Assembly: GCA_038153405.1 (NCBI GenBank) | Contig: JAYOYH010000013.1 | Span: forward strand, 44,334 to 108,333 | Source of the DNA: Gemmatimonadota bacterium | GTDB taxonomy: Bacteria > Latescibacterota > UBA2968 > UBA8231 | Direction of reading: 5' to 3' | DNA length: 64,000 nucleotides | Part shown: one piece after another, positions 6,955-15,548 of the stretch | How positions within the stretch are numbered: the stretch's first letter is position 1 | How the letters are laid out: each line of letters begins with the position of its first letter | Program-made: the position numbers and the translations under genes | Notes under the pieces: generated by a model | The model's database searches: none | Told to the model about the DNA's origin: nothing | What the model saw: only the letters and a program-made list of their open reading frames with translations

Positions 6955-9458
6955 GCGCTCGCTGGCCGGCGGCCCTACTGCTGGCGCTGGCCGTGCTGCT
7001 GGCCTATGGAAACGTGCCGGGCAACAGCTTTCACTACGACGACGAACACTCGATTTTAGAAAACCCCCACCTGCGTTCGCTGGCCAACGCGCCGCGCTTT
7101 TTTAGCGATTCTTCCACCTTTTCCGGGCTTGCCGAAGCGCGCATGTACCGGCCCCTTCTCGTGCTGAGCTATGCCCTCAACTACGCGCTTGGCGGCTACG
7201 CACCTTTGGGATACCATCTGGTAAATATGGGGTTGCATCTGGTCAACGCACTGCTGGTATGGCGGGTGGCGCTGGCACTGGGCGTGCGTGCGGGACCGGC
7301 CCTGGCCGCCGCTTTGCTCTTTGCCGTTCATCCGGTGCTGAGCGAACCGGTCAACTACATCAGCAGCCGTTCCTCGCTGTTGGTCACCTGCTTTGTGGCG
7401 CTGGCGTTTTTGCTGTATGTGCAGGGGCGTGCGGCGGTGTTGGTCTGCGCGTCCTACGCTGCTGCTCTACTGGCCAAATCCAGTGCCATCACCTTTCCCT
7501 TTCTACTGCTCCTCGTACCCCAAAGGGTAGGCGATTCGCGTGGGCGTTCTACGCTCTATATATGCGCCGCACTGAGCGGGCTCTATCTGTGGGGCACGCA
7601 GGCCATCGTCGGCAAGGCCATGCTGGAGCCCGTGCGCACCCACTGGGTGCAATGGGCCACGCAGAGTAAAGCGCTGGTGTTCTACGTCTACAAGGCCTTC
7701 GCGCCGTTTGCGCTAAGCGTAGAGCCGCAGTTTCGCCTATCCCCCTCCTTTGGCGAGGGGGTGGTGCTGGTGGCTCTGGCTGCTGTGCTTTCGCTGGCGT
7801 TTATCGCCCTGCGCAGTGCGCGCGGAGTCCTCTTGCTGGGCACGGGGTGGTTTTTTATCGCTCTGCTGCCGCCGTCCATCGTTCCGCTCAACGTGTTGGT
7901 CAACGAACATCGCCTCTATTTGCCCATGGTCGGCGGGGCGCTGTTCTTAGCCGAACTGGCAGGGCGCACGCGGCGGAGCAAGGTCGTGGCGCTGTGCGCG
8001 CTCGTGGGCATGGCATCGCTCTGCCTGCAGCGCAACAGCGCGTGGCACAGCGCGGAAACCTTGTGGGCCGATGCGGTTGGGAAAGGTCCATATATGGCCA
8101 GGCCCTATGTCAATTGGGCACAGGCCCTGCTCGAAAAGGGGCGAGTAGAGGAATCCATTGAAGCCAGTCGGCGCGCGCTGGAGCTGCAGCCCGGCCTGGC
8201 GCGCGCCCACTACAATTTAGGCACGGCGTATATGTACCAAGAACGCTACGAACTTGCCGAAGCACACCTGCTGCGGGCAGCCGATTTAGACAGCGTTCTC
8301 TTTGCGGCACAAAACAATCTGGGCAACCTCTACCAGCAACTGGGGCGTGCAGACCAAGCCTTGATCCACTACCAAAAGGCCGCCTCGATTGGTGCGTATG
8401 CCTCGCTCCTATACAATATGGGTCAGGCCCATCTGCAGGCGGGTCGACCCGATTCGGCAGCCCGCTATTTTCGCGGCGCGCTCGAGCGCGAACCCAACCT
8501 GCGCGCAGGCTACCGTGGGCTGGCCGAGACACTGCGCGCTCAGGAGCGCTTCAACGATGCCATCGCCGTGCTCGAAGAGGCGCTGTCGGCCTGGCCGCAG
8601 GACGGGGAATTGGCCCGCCTGCTCGCCGCTAGCTACGCCGGATTAGGGCGCGAAGAAGCGGCCCGTGCCGTCTATCGTCGGCTGGGTATGAGCGCTGCGC
8701 AGGGGTGGTCTTTGCTGGCCGGGGAGGCGCTGCGTCGCGGCCGCTGGCAGCGGGCATACGAGTGCGTGCAGGAAGCGCTCAAAACGGAGGAGAGTGCGGC
8801 GCTGTACAACGATCTCGGTGCGGCGCTGGTCGGCTTAGAACGCATAGAGGAGGGACTACAGGCCTTTCGCCAGTCTGCGCGCTTGGATCCGCAAGGTGCC
8901 CGTTCCTATGCCAATATTGGTCGGGTCTACCTCCAGCACGGCCGCTTTGCCGAGGCCGTTGCCGCCCTCGAGCGGGCCGTGGAACTCGATGCAAACAACG
9001 GCGCGTTCTGCGCACTGCTCGGACGGGCTTATGAGGGATCTGGTAAAGAGGACAACGCGCTGCAGTGGTATCGCCGAGCCGTCGATAATGCGCCGGAAAA
9101 CGCTGCTCATCGCACCCTGCTAGCCCGGCGCTATCGGGCCATGGGCCAACTCGGCCAGGCCGAGCGCCTCTACCGCCAAGCGCTGGAGCGCGACGCCGGC
9201 GACGTGGACGCGCTGTGCGATTTGGGCGCGCTCTATCTGCGGGACGGACGCGGCCAAGAGGCGGTAGCGCTGCTTGCCCGCGCCGTGCGTATGGCACCCA
9301 ACCGCGTCGATGCGCACATCGATTTGGTGGATGCCTATTTGGGCGAGGGAAATCGCCAGCGCGCCCGGGCGGCGCTGGGCGCGGCGTTGGAACTCGACCT
9401 CGAAGATGCTCAGCGCGCACGGCTCGAAGCCCGGATGAGCGCGATGAGGCAAGACTAA
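6951..9458 (+). CDS. TMTC-like GT-C fold glycosyltransferase with multiple C-terminal TPR repeats
   Basis: FHYDDEHSILEN (DD motif), YRPL, YHLVN, LFAVHP..SEPVNYIS.R, EHRLYLP, RN..W in the membrane part; then many TPRs (AHYNLG, AQNNLG, LYNDLG). ATG overlaps the flippase stop. Confidence 0.85.
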   Translation: MSARWPAALLLALAVLLAYGNVPGNSFHYDDEHSILENPHLRSLANAPRFFSDSSTFSGLAEARMYRPLLVLSYALNYALGGYAPLGYHLVNMGLHLVNALLVWRVALALGVRAGPALAAALLFAVHPVLSEPVNYISSRSSLLVTCFVALAFLLYVQGRAAVLVCASYAAALLAKSSAITFPFLLLLVPQRVGDSRGRSTLYICAALSGLYLWGTQAIVGKAMLEPVRTHWVQWATQSKALVFYVYKAFAPFALSVEPQFRLSPSFGEGVVLVALAAVLSLAFIALRSARGVLLLGTGWFFIALLPPSIVPLNVLVNEHRLYLPMVGGALFLAELAGRTRRSKVVALCALVGMASLCLQRNSAWHSAETLWADAVGKGPYMARPYVNWAQALLEKGRVEESIEASRRALELQPGLARAHYNLGTAYMYQERYELAEAHLLRAADLDSVLFAAQNNLGNLYQQLGRADQALIHYQKAASIGAYASLLYNMGQAHLQAGRPDSAARYFRGALEREPNLRAGYRGLAETLRAQERFNDAIAVLEEALSAWPQDGELARLLAASYAGLGREEAARAVYRRLGMSAAQGWSLLAGEALRRGRWQRAYECVQEALKTEESAALYNDLGAALVGLERIEEGLQAFRQSARLDPQGARSYANIGRVYLQHGRFAEAVAALERAVELDANNGAFCALLGRAYEGSGKEDNALQWYRRAVDNAPENAAHRTLLARRYRAMGQLGQAERLYRQALERDAGDVDALCDLGALYLRDGRGQEAVALLARAVRMAPNRVDAHIDLVDAYLGEGNRQRARAALGAALELDLEDAQRARLEARMSAMRQD

Positions 9459-9462
9459 GCGA

Positions 9463-9753
9463 TTAGTTTTGCAATAGAGCCGAGGCTATTTCGTCCCACT
9501 CGTCTTGCCGTTGGGCGCGGCTGTGCGCTTTGCCGGCGCGCGCGTACCAGTAGCCGGCGTTGGACTCGTCTCCCTCCACCCGGTGCAGATAGGCATGGAC
9601 CCAAGCTCCTTCGGGGTCGGGCGCGTCCTGCGCCAGCGCGTGTGCAGCATCCCAATTACCCTTGGCGTCTTGCCAGAGCGCCTGCAGTGCACTGCTGATA
9701 TCGCTCGGTGGCGCATCGCCCTCAATCGATGCTTTAAACATCTGTAAATCCAT
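9463..9753 (-). CDS. Conserved small hypothetical protein
   Basis: W..AH...Q...AWVHAYLHRVEGD..NA.YWY motif of a widespread uncharacterised family; ATG at 9753 with GGAG RBS. Confidence 0.75.
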   Translation of the reverse strand: MDLQMFKASIEGDAPPSDISSALQALWQDAKGNWDAAHALAQDAPDPEGAWVHAYLHRVEGDESNAGYWYARAGKAHSRAQRQDEWDEIASALLQN

Positions 9754-9919
9754 ATATAATTCTCCGTTCTGGGTTGGTCCATCCATACTAAGGAGCGGGT
9801 GTTTTTCCAGCAAGTAGGGCCGGGCATATGCTTGCCGAAAAAGGGTTGGTCGCGTACCTTCAACGCCGATAAAAACAGCCTCTTACACGATAAATAGCAG
9901 CTCAAAGGAGCGTTGGCAC

Positions 9920-11221
9920 ATGGCGAGCAGCGCGATTGGCGTCGGCATCATTGGTTTGGGGACGGTGGGCAGTGGCGTGGTGCGTCTATTGGAAGACGCA
10001 CCCACTTCCATGCGACGGCGCAAACACGTTTGCTTTTCTATAGAGCGCGTGGCCGTGCGCGACCTCGACAAGGCGCGCTCCGTGCAGATCGACGCTGCCA
10101 AGTTGACGGACAATGCGTTGGAAGTGCTCGACGATCCCAATGTGCAGCTCGTCGTTGAATTGACCGGCGCCGCTCCCGCCTATGAATGGGTGCGCGGCGC
10201 ATTGGAGCGCGGTAAAGACGTGGTGACCGCCAACAAGGCGCTGCTGGCCGAGCGCGGCGAAGAGCTCTATGCGCTGGCCCTCGAGAAGGGAGCCGACTTG
10301 CTCTTTGAGGCCAGCGTGGCCGGCGGTATACCCATCGTGCGCTCGCTGCGCAGCGGCTTGGTGGCCAACCGCGTCGAGTCCCTCTACGGCATCTTAAACG
10401 GCACGACGAATTACATACTCACGCGCATGACGCGCGGCGAGGGCAGCTACGCCGAAATACTGGCCGATGCGCAACAAATAGGCTATGCCGAACCCGATCC
10501 GACGATGGATGTCAGCGGGCGCGATGCGGCGCAGAAGCTGGCCATACTGAGTCGCATTGCCTTTTGCTGCACGGCAACGGGTAGCGATGTATTTTGCGAA
10601 GGCATTGAGCGCATTGAAACAAGCGATATTGAGTATGCGCGCGAACTCGGCTATGTAATCAAGCTGTTGGCCATTGCCAAGCGCAGCGGCGAAGGGGTGG
10701 AGATGCGCGTGCATCCGGCCATGGTGCCGGCCGATTCGCTGCTGGCCAATATCAACGACGAATTCAACGCGATCGAAGTGGTTGGTTCAGCCGTTGGCAA
10801 CCAGGTCTTTTACGGCAAGGGGGCCGGTCAAATGCCGACGGCCAGCGCCGTGGTAGCGGATATGGTCGAATTGGTCGAGCGCAAAGCCGCCGGTGCTGCC
10901 CCGGCCATCGGCGATATGGTGCTGGGCGACGAGGCCCTGCCTGTAGCCTCCGTCGAGAGCATACAGATGCGCTATTTCCTGCGTATGCAGGTCCGCGATC
11001 AACCCGGTGTGTTGGAGCACATCGCGCACATTTTGGCCGGCGAAAATATTAGCATCGCCTCGGTCTTGCAAAAGGAGCGCGACTTTGAAGGGGGGTCGGT
11101 TCCGTTGATCATCGTTACCCACGAGGCGCGCGAAGAGGCTATGCAGCGGGCCATTGCGGCGATTGGCGCCGTCGAGGCGGTGGGGGGAGCCGTTCGCCTG
11201 ATCCGCATGGAGGACCTCTAA
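9920..11221 (+). CDS. hom: Homoserine dehydrogenase (with C-terminal ACT domain)
   Basis: GLGTVGSG, VVTANKA, EASVAGGIP, GILNGTTNYIL, GYAEPDPT.DVSG.DAAQK; ACT domain DQPGVL. Confidence 0.97.
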   Translation: MASSAIGVGIIGLGTVGSGVVRLLEDAPTSMRRRKHVCFSIERVAVRDLDKARSVQIDAAKLTDNALEVLDDPNVQLVVELTGAAPAYEWVRGALERGKDVVTANKALLAERGEELYALALEKGADLLFEASVAGGIPIVRSLRSGLVANRVESLYGILNGTTNYILTRMTRGEGSYAEILADAQQIGYAEPDPTMDVSGRDAAQKLAILSRIAFCCTATGSDVFCEGIERIETSDIEYARELGYVIKLLAIAKRSGEGVEMRVHPAMVPADSLLANINDEFNAIEVVGSAVGNQVFYGKGAGQMPTASAVVADMVELVERKAAGAAPAIGDMVLGDEALPVASVESIQMRYFLRMQVRDQPGVLEHIAHILAGENISIASVLQKERDFEGGSVPLIIVTHEAREEAMQRAIAAIGAVEAVGGAVRLIRMEDL

Positions 11222-12415
11222 GTGAAGTACCTGGTGTTGGTGCCCGATGGAGCAGCCGATTATCCCCTCGATGTATTGGGAGGTCGAACACCGTTGGAAG
11301 CGGCGCATACTCCGCATATGGATCGCCTGGCGCGCGAAGGGGTCGGTGGGTTAGTGCAGATGATTCCCGCCGAGCGCCATCCGGGCAGCGATATAGGGAA
11401 CTTGGAGATTTTTGGCTACGACACCCGGGTGCACTACACCGGTCGCTCGCCGCTGGAAGCGGCGAGCATGGGCGTCGATTTGGGCGCCGATGGCATCGCT
11501 TTTCGCCTCAATACGATCCATCGCAGCGGCGATACCTTGGTCGACTACAGCGCTGGACATATTTCGACGGAAGAAGCGCGGGAATTGGTCGAGGCTATCG
11601 CTGGTGAGTTGGGGCGGCCCGATCTGCGCTTTTATCCCGGCGTGGGCTATCGCCATTTGCTGGTGTTTGACCACGGGCCAGAGGCGTTGGTTTCCTACCC
11701 ACCGCACGACATCATGGGCCAGTCTATTGCCCAGCACCTGCCCAGCGGTCTGGGCGAGGATGCGATTCGACAGCTGATGGAAGCGGCCGAGCCGATACTG
11801 GCCGAGCATCCGGTAAATGTGGCCCGCGCTGAACGCGGTGAGACGACCGCCAATGCCATCTGGCTGTGGGGTTCGGGGCGGGCGCTGCGGCTCGACTCGC
11901 TCGAGTCCAAGTTTGGTTTTTGCGGCGGCGTTATTTCCGCCGTCGACCTCGTGCGCGGAATTGGTCGCAGTGCCGGGCTTGACGTGATTGAGGTGCCAGG
12001 TATCACGGGCTATCTCGATACCAATTACGAGGGAAAAGCACAGCACGCACTGCAGGTCCTCGAACGAGATAACTTTGTCTACGTGCACGTGGAGGCGCCC
12101 GACGAGGCGGGTCACAACGGCGATCCGCAGGCTAAGGTGCAGGCCATTGAGGACTTTGATGCGCGCGTGGTAGGCCCTATACGGGCCGGTCTGGAGGGCT
12201 TGGGACCGTGCCGAATTCTGATGGCGCCAGACCACCGCACGCCGATCGCACTGCGCACGCACAGCCGCGAGTCGGTGCCCTTTGTACTATGGGGTGAAGG
12301 CGTTGTCGCCGATGCCCTGCAGACCTACAGTGAGGGCGCGGCAGCAGGCGGCAGCTTACAGGTGCAACACGGACACTGGCTTATGGAATACCTGCGGGGC
12401 ACGCGCCCGCTTTAG
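11222..12415 (+). CDS. apgM: Cofactor-independent phosphoglycerate mutase family protein (ApgM-like; proposed homoserine kinase subfamily)
   Basis: DGAAD, TPLEAA.TP.MD, PGSD (catalytic Ser), YTGRSPLEAAS, HVEAPDEAGH, PDHRTP; sits between hom and asd. Confidence 0.9.
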   Translation: MKYLVLVPDGAADYPLDVLGGRTPLEAAHTPHMDRLAREGVGGLVQMIPAERHPGSDIGNLEIFGYDTRVHYTGRSPLEAASMGVDLGADGIAFRLNTIHRSGDTLVDYSAGHISTEEARELVEAIAGELGRPDLRFYPGVGYRHLLVFDHGPEALVSYPPHDIMGQSIAQHLPSGLGEDAIRQLMEAAEPILAEHPVNVARAERGETTANAIWLWGSGRALRLDSLESKFGFCGGVISAVDLVRGIGRSAGLDVIEVPGITGYLDTNYEGKAQHALQVLERDNFVYVHVEAPDEAGHNGDPQAKVQAIEDFDARVVGPIRAGLEGLGPCRILMAPDHRTPIALRTHSRESVPFVLWGEGVVADALQTYSEGAAAGGSLQVQHGHWLMEYLRGTRPL

Positions 12416-12432
12416 TCGAGAGAAAAGGAACC

Positions 12433-13467
12433 ATGGCAGATCAGTTTAACGTAGCAATTATGGGTGCCACAGGCGCCGTTGGGCAGGTCATGATGGAGAT
12501 CTTGGCCGAGCGCAACTTTCCCATCGGGCAGCTGCGCCTGTTGGCCTCGGCGCGCTCGGCCGGGCGCGAATGCGAATTCGCCGGCCAGTCACTCGTCGTT
12601 CAGGAGCTGCGCGAAGATTCTTTTGAAGGGGTCGATATCGTGCTGGCTTCGGCCGGAGGATCGCTGAGCAAGCAGTTCAATCCGCACGCCGTGCAGGCGG
12701 GAGCCATCGTCGTCGACAATACCTCGGCCTATCGCATGGATCCAGAAGTGCCGCTGGTTGTGCCGGAGATTAACCCGGACGACCTCGAATGGCACAAGGG
12801 GATCATCGCCAACCCGAATTGTTCTACGATCATAATGGACGTCGTCGTCTGGCCGCTCTATCAACATCGCAAGATCAAGCGAATTGTCGCATCAACCTAT
12901 CAGGCTGTCAGCGGCGCCGGTGCGCGCGCGATGGAAGAGTTAGAACAGCAGACGCGACAACTGCTGGCCGGCGAAGCTATTGAGCCCAAGGAGCTGCCGC
13001 ATCAGATCGCCTTTAATCTCTTTTCGCACAACTCCGCCGTCGGGGCGGACGGCTATTGCGAAGAAGAGACCAAGATGATCCGCGAAACGAAGAAGATGTT
13101 CCACGACGATGCGATTGGGGTGACGGCGACGACGATCCGCGTGCCGGTGATGCGCGCCCATTCCGAGGCGATCAACCTCGAGTTTTTCGAGCCCTTTGCC
13201 GCGGAGAAAGCGCGCGAGATTCTCGCCCAGGCTCCGGGTGTCTCCATCGTCGATGACCCCACCAACAGCCACTTTCCCATGCCCATTGAGGCATCGGGCA
13301 GAGACGATGTGCTGGTGGGGCGCATCCGCCAGGATATATCTCGCCCCGACCAAACCGGTCTCGATCTATGGGTCAGCGGCGACCAGTTGCGCAAGGGGGC
13401 CGCGCTGAATGCGGTGCAAATCGCCGAGGTGATGATCGAGCGTGGTCTGGTGCGCGGGGGTAACTAA
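12433..13467 (+). CDS. asd: Aspartate-semialdehyde dehydrogenase
   Basis: GATGAVG, DNTSAYRM, VPLVVPEIN, IANPNCST, TYQAVSGAG, RVPVMRAHSE, DQLRKGAALNAVQI. Confidence 0.97.
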   Translation: MADQFNVAIMGATGAVGQVMMEILAERNFPIGQLRLLASARSAGRECEFAGQSLVVQELREDSFEGVDIVLASAGGSLSKQFNPHAVQAGAIVVDNTSAYRMDPEVPLVVPEINPDDLEWHKGIIANPNCSTIIMDVVVWPLYQHRKIKRIVASTYQAVSGAGARAMEELEQQTRQLLAGEAIEPKELPHQIAFNLFSHNSAVGADGYCEEETKMIRETKKMFHDDAIGVTATTIRVPVMRAHSEAINLEFFEPFAAEKAREILAQAPGVSIVDDPTNSHFPMPIEASGRDDVLVGRIRQDISRPDQTGLDLWVSGDQLRKGAALNAVQIAEVMIERGLVRGGN

Positions 13468-13486
13468 CCCCTTACGCAGGCGCGAC

Positions 13487-13524
13487 AACGGGCGGCGGGA
13501 GGCTACTCGCGTCGCCCGTTTTTT
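13487..13524 (+). terminator. Rho-independent terminator after asd
   Basis: AACGGGCGGC...GTCGCCCGTT stem followed by a T run. Confidence 0.65.
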
Positions 13525-13537
13525 GTACTTTCGTTCT

Positions 13538-14695
13538 ATGGCAAAACGCATTCTCATCTTGGCCATGAGCTTTCCGCCGCAGGCGGTGGGTACGGGAGCC
13601 TATGCCTATGCCCTGGGGCGCGGCTTGACGCAGCGCGGCTACGAAGTGCTCGTCTTGGCGCCCGCCGGCGACGGCGATGCGGCCTTTGATGCGCGTGCCG
13701 AGGTGGCTGTCGAGCGACTCAATGTATCGTCCTTTGTCCCCCTGCGCTATTTGCAGGCGCGCGCGCGTCTGCAGCAGCAGATAGATCGCTTTGCCCCCGA
13801 CTGCGTTTGGGCGGCCAATGGCATGGCCACGCGCGTGGCCGGTTTGCTTAACTGCTGGGAGCGCATCCCCCTCATCGCATCAATGCGCGGCTCGGACGTG
13901 ACGGTGCGCCTGAGCGCTCGCGGAATTGGGGCGCAGATTGAGGGCATTCCACAGCGCCGCGCCTACCGCCGCGCTGCCGCCATTGCCGCCGTGAGTCGCT
14001 TTGTGCGCGCGCGCGCCGTTGCGCAGGGAGTGGACGAAGGAGTGATCTTCGTGCACCCACCGGCATTCGACGGGGCGCTTCTGCAGCGCTATCGCTTTGA
14101 CGAGGGAGGTTTTTGGGAGCGCTATCCTGAGCTAAAAGAAAAGCGCATCGTGCTCAGCGTCGCACGCTTGGTAGCGCAAAAGCGCGTCGATCGCGCCCTG
14201 CGCGCCAGCGGACGTTTGCTGAAGGAGTTTCCCGATATGGTGCATGCCGTGGTGGGCGACGGTCCAGAGCGCGCCGCATTGGAGCGCATGGCCGGTGAAT
14301 TAGGCTGGGGCGATCGCGTGGTTTTTGTCGGAAAGCTGGCGCCGCTGTCGAGCGACCTCTTCGATTTTTACAGCGCGGCCGCAGTCTTTTTATTGCCCAG
14401 CGTGCGCGAGGGCATGGGCAACGTATTTATAGAAGCAGGGGCGTTTGCCCTGCCCTGTCTGGCGGCGGCCGACGGCGGCGTCCCCGAATGCATTGACGAC
14501 GGTGCGAGCGGGCTGTTGGCCCGCCCAGACGACGTGGAGGATTTGAGTGCCAAGCTGCGCTTCTTGCTAAAGGATCCGCAGCGCGCGCGGGAAATGGGTG
14601 CGGCGGCGCGCGAAAAGGTGGGACGGGAATACGGCATTGAGGCACTGGTGCAGCGCGGGGCAGAAGCGCTCGAGCAGGTGATGCATCGTGGCTGA
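13538..14695 (+). CDS. Glycosyltransferase family 4
   Basis: FPPQAVG, SVARLVAQKR, VGDGPER, EGMGNVFIEA (EX7E), GGVPE..DG.SG; ATG at 13538. Confidence 0.93.
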   Translation: MAKRILILAMSFPPQAVGTGAYAYALGRGLTQRGYEVLVLAPAGDGDAAFDARAEVAVERLNVSSFVPLRYLQARARLQQQIDRFAPDCVWAANGMATRVAGLLNCWERIPLIASMRGSDVTVRLSARGIGAQIEGIPQRRAYRRAAAIAAVSRFVRARAVAQGVDEGVIFVHPPAFDGALLQRYRFDEGGFWERYPELKEKRIVLSVARLVAQKRVDRALRASGRLLKEFPDMVHAVVGDGPERAALERMAGELGWGDRVVFVGKLAPLSSDLFDFYSAAAVFLLPSVREGMGNVFIEAGAFALPCLAAADGGVPECIDDGASGLLARPDDVEDLSAKLRFLLKDPQRAREMGAAAREKVGREYGIEALVQRGAEALEQVMHRG

Positions 14696-15548
14696 GCGCA
14701 TTGGGTGGAAAAAACGCGTAAAGCAGCAGTGCATGCGCTCTCGCTTTGGTCAGGCCTATGGCGCTTTGCGGGGGCGCGACCTGCAGCCCGAGCGCTGGAT
14801 CTTTATTATAGGGTGCTACAACTCGGGTACGACGCTGCTTAAAGACTTGCTTGCAGAACATCCCGCCATCGGCGTGCTGGCCGGTGAAGGCGTTAAATTT
14901 AGCGATGCCCTACCGCGTCCCGAAGACGCGGGCTGGCAGCGCATGTGGTGCGAGTGTTTGAGCCAGGTGCGGCTCGATCCGAGCGATGCCAACCGCGCTC
15001 TGCGCATCAAACGCCAGTGGTCCATGCTCTACCCGCCGCGCCCTAACCTATTGGAAAAATCGATTGCCAACGCCGTGCAGTTGCCCTTTCTCGAAGCGCA
15101 TTTCGCGCCGGCCTACTTCGTATACATCGTCCGCAACGGCTATGCGGTTGCCGAGGGCATACGCCGCAAAACGGAGCCGGGGAAGCGCGGCAACCCGCAG
15201 TACAAAGACAAATATCCGATTGGTCTGTGTGCGCGCCAGTGGGCTGAATCGGCTCGGATCGTCGATGGGGATCGCATCAACGTCGAGCGCTTTATGAGCC
15301 TGCGCTACGAGGAGTTTGTCGCCGATCCGAGCAGTCAGGTGCGCCGCATAACGGACTTTGTCGGCCTCGAACCGCTCGACGATGTGCTCATGGCGCAGCG
15401 CTGGACGGTGCATGGGGTTGAGTCGCCCATTCGCAATATGAATGACCAGAGCCTTGCGCGGCTGTCGGCCGAGGATATTGAGGCGATCCATTCGGTAGCG
15501 GGCGAGTGGTTGGCTCGATGGGGCTATGAACGCCCGGTGCGGCCCTAG
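14688..15548 (+). CDS. PAPS-dependent sulfotransferase
   Basis: IFIIGCYNSGTTLL (5'-PSB loop), LEKS, IVRNG (3'-PB), RYEEFVADP; overlaps the GT4 gene end. Confidence 0.9.
   Translation: MAERIGWKKRVKQQCMRSRFGQAYGALRGRDLQPERWIFIIGCYNSGTTLLKDLLAEHPAIGVLAGEGVKFSDALPRPEDAGWQRMWCECLSQVRLDPSDANRALRIKRQWSMLYPPRPNLLEKSIANAVQLPFLEAHFAPAYFVYIVRNGYAVAEGIRRKTEPGKRGNPQYKDKYPIGLCARQWAESARIVDGDRINVERFMSLRYEEFVADPSSQVRRITDFVGLEPLDDVLMAQRWTVHGVESPIRNMNDQSLARLSAEDIEAIHSVAGEWLARWGYERPVRP

Noticed and set aside
9913..9929. TTGGCAC-N5-GAGCA sigma54-like motif
   Set aside because: Overlaps the hom start codon and lacks TTGC at -12
11351..12262. 303-aa antisense ORF
   Set aside because: Shadow of the apgM-like gene, as expected in high-GC codon usage
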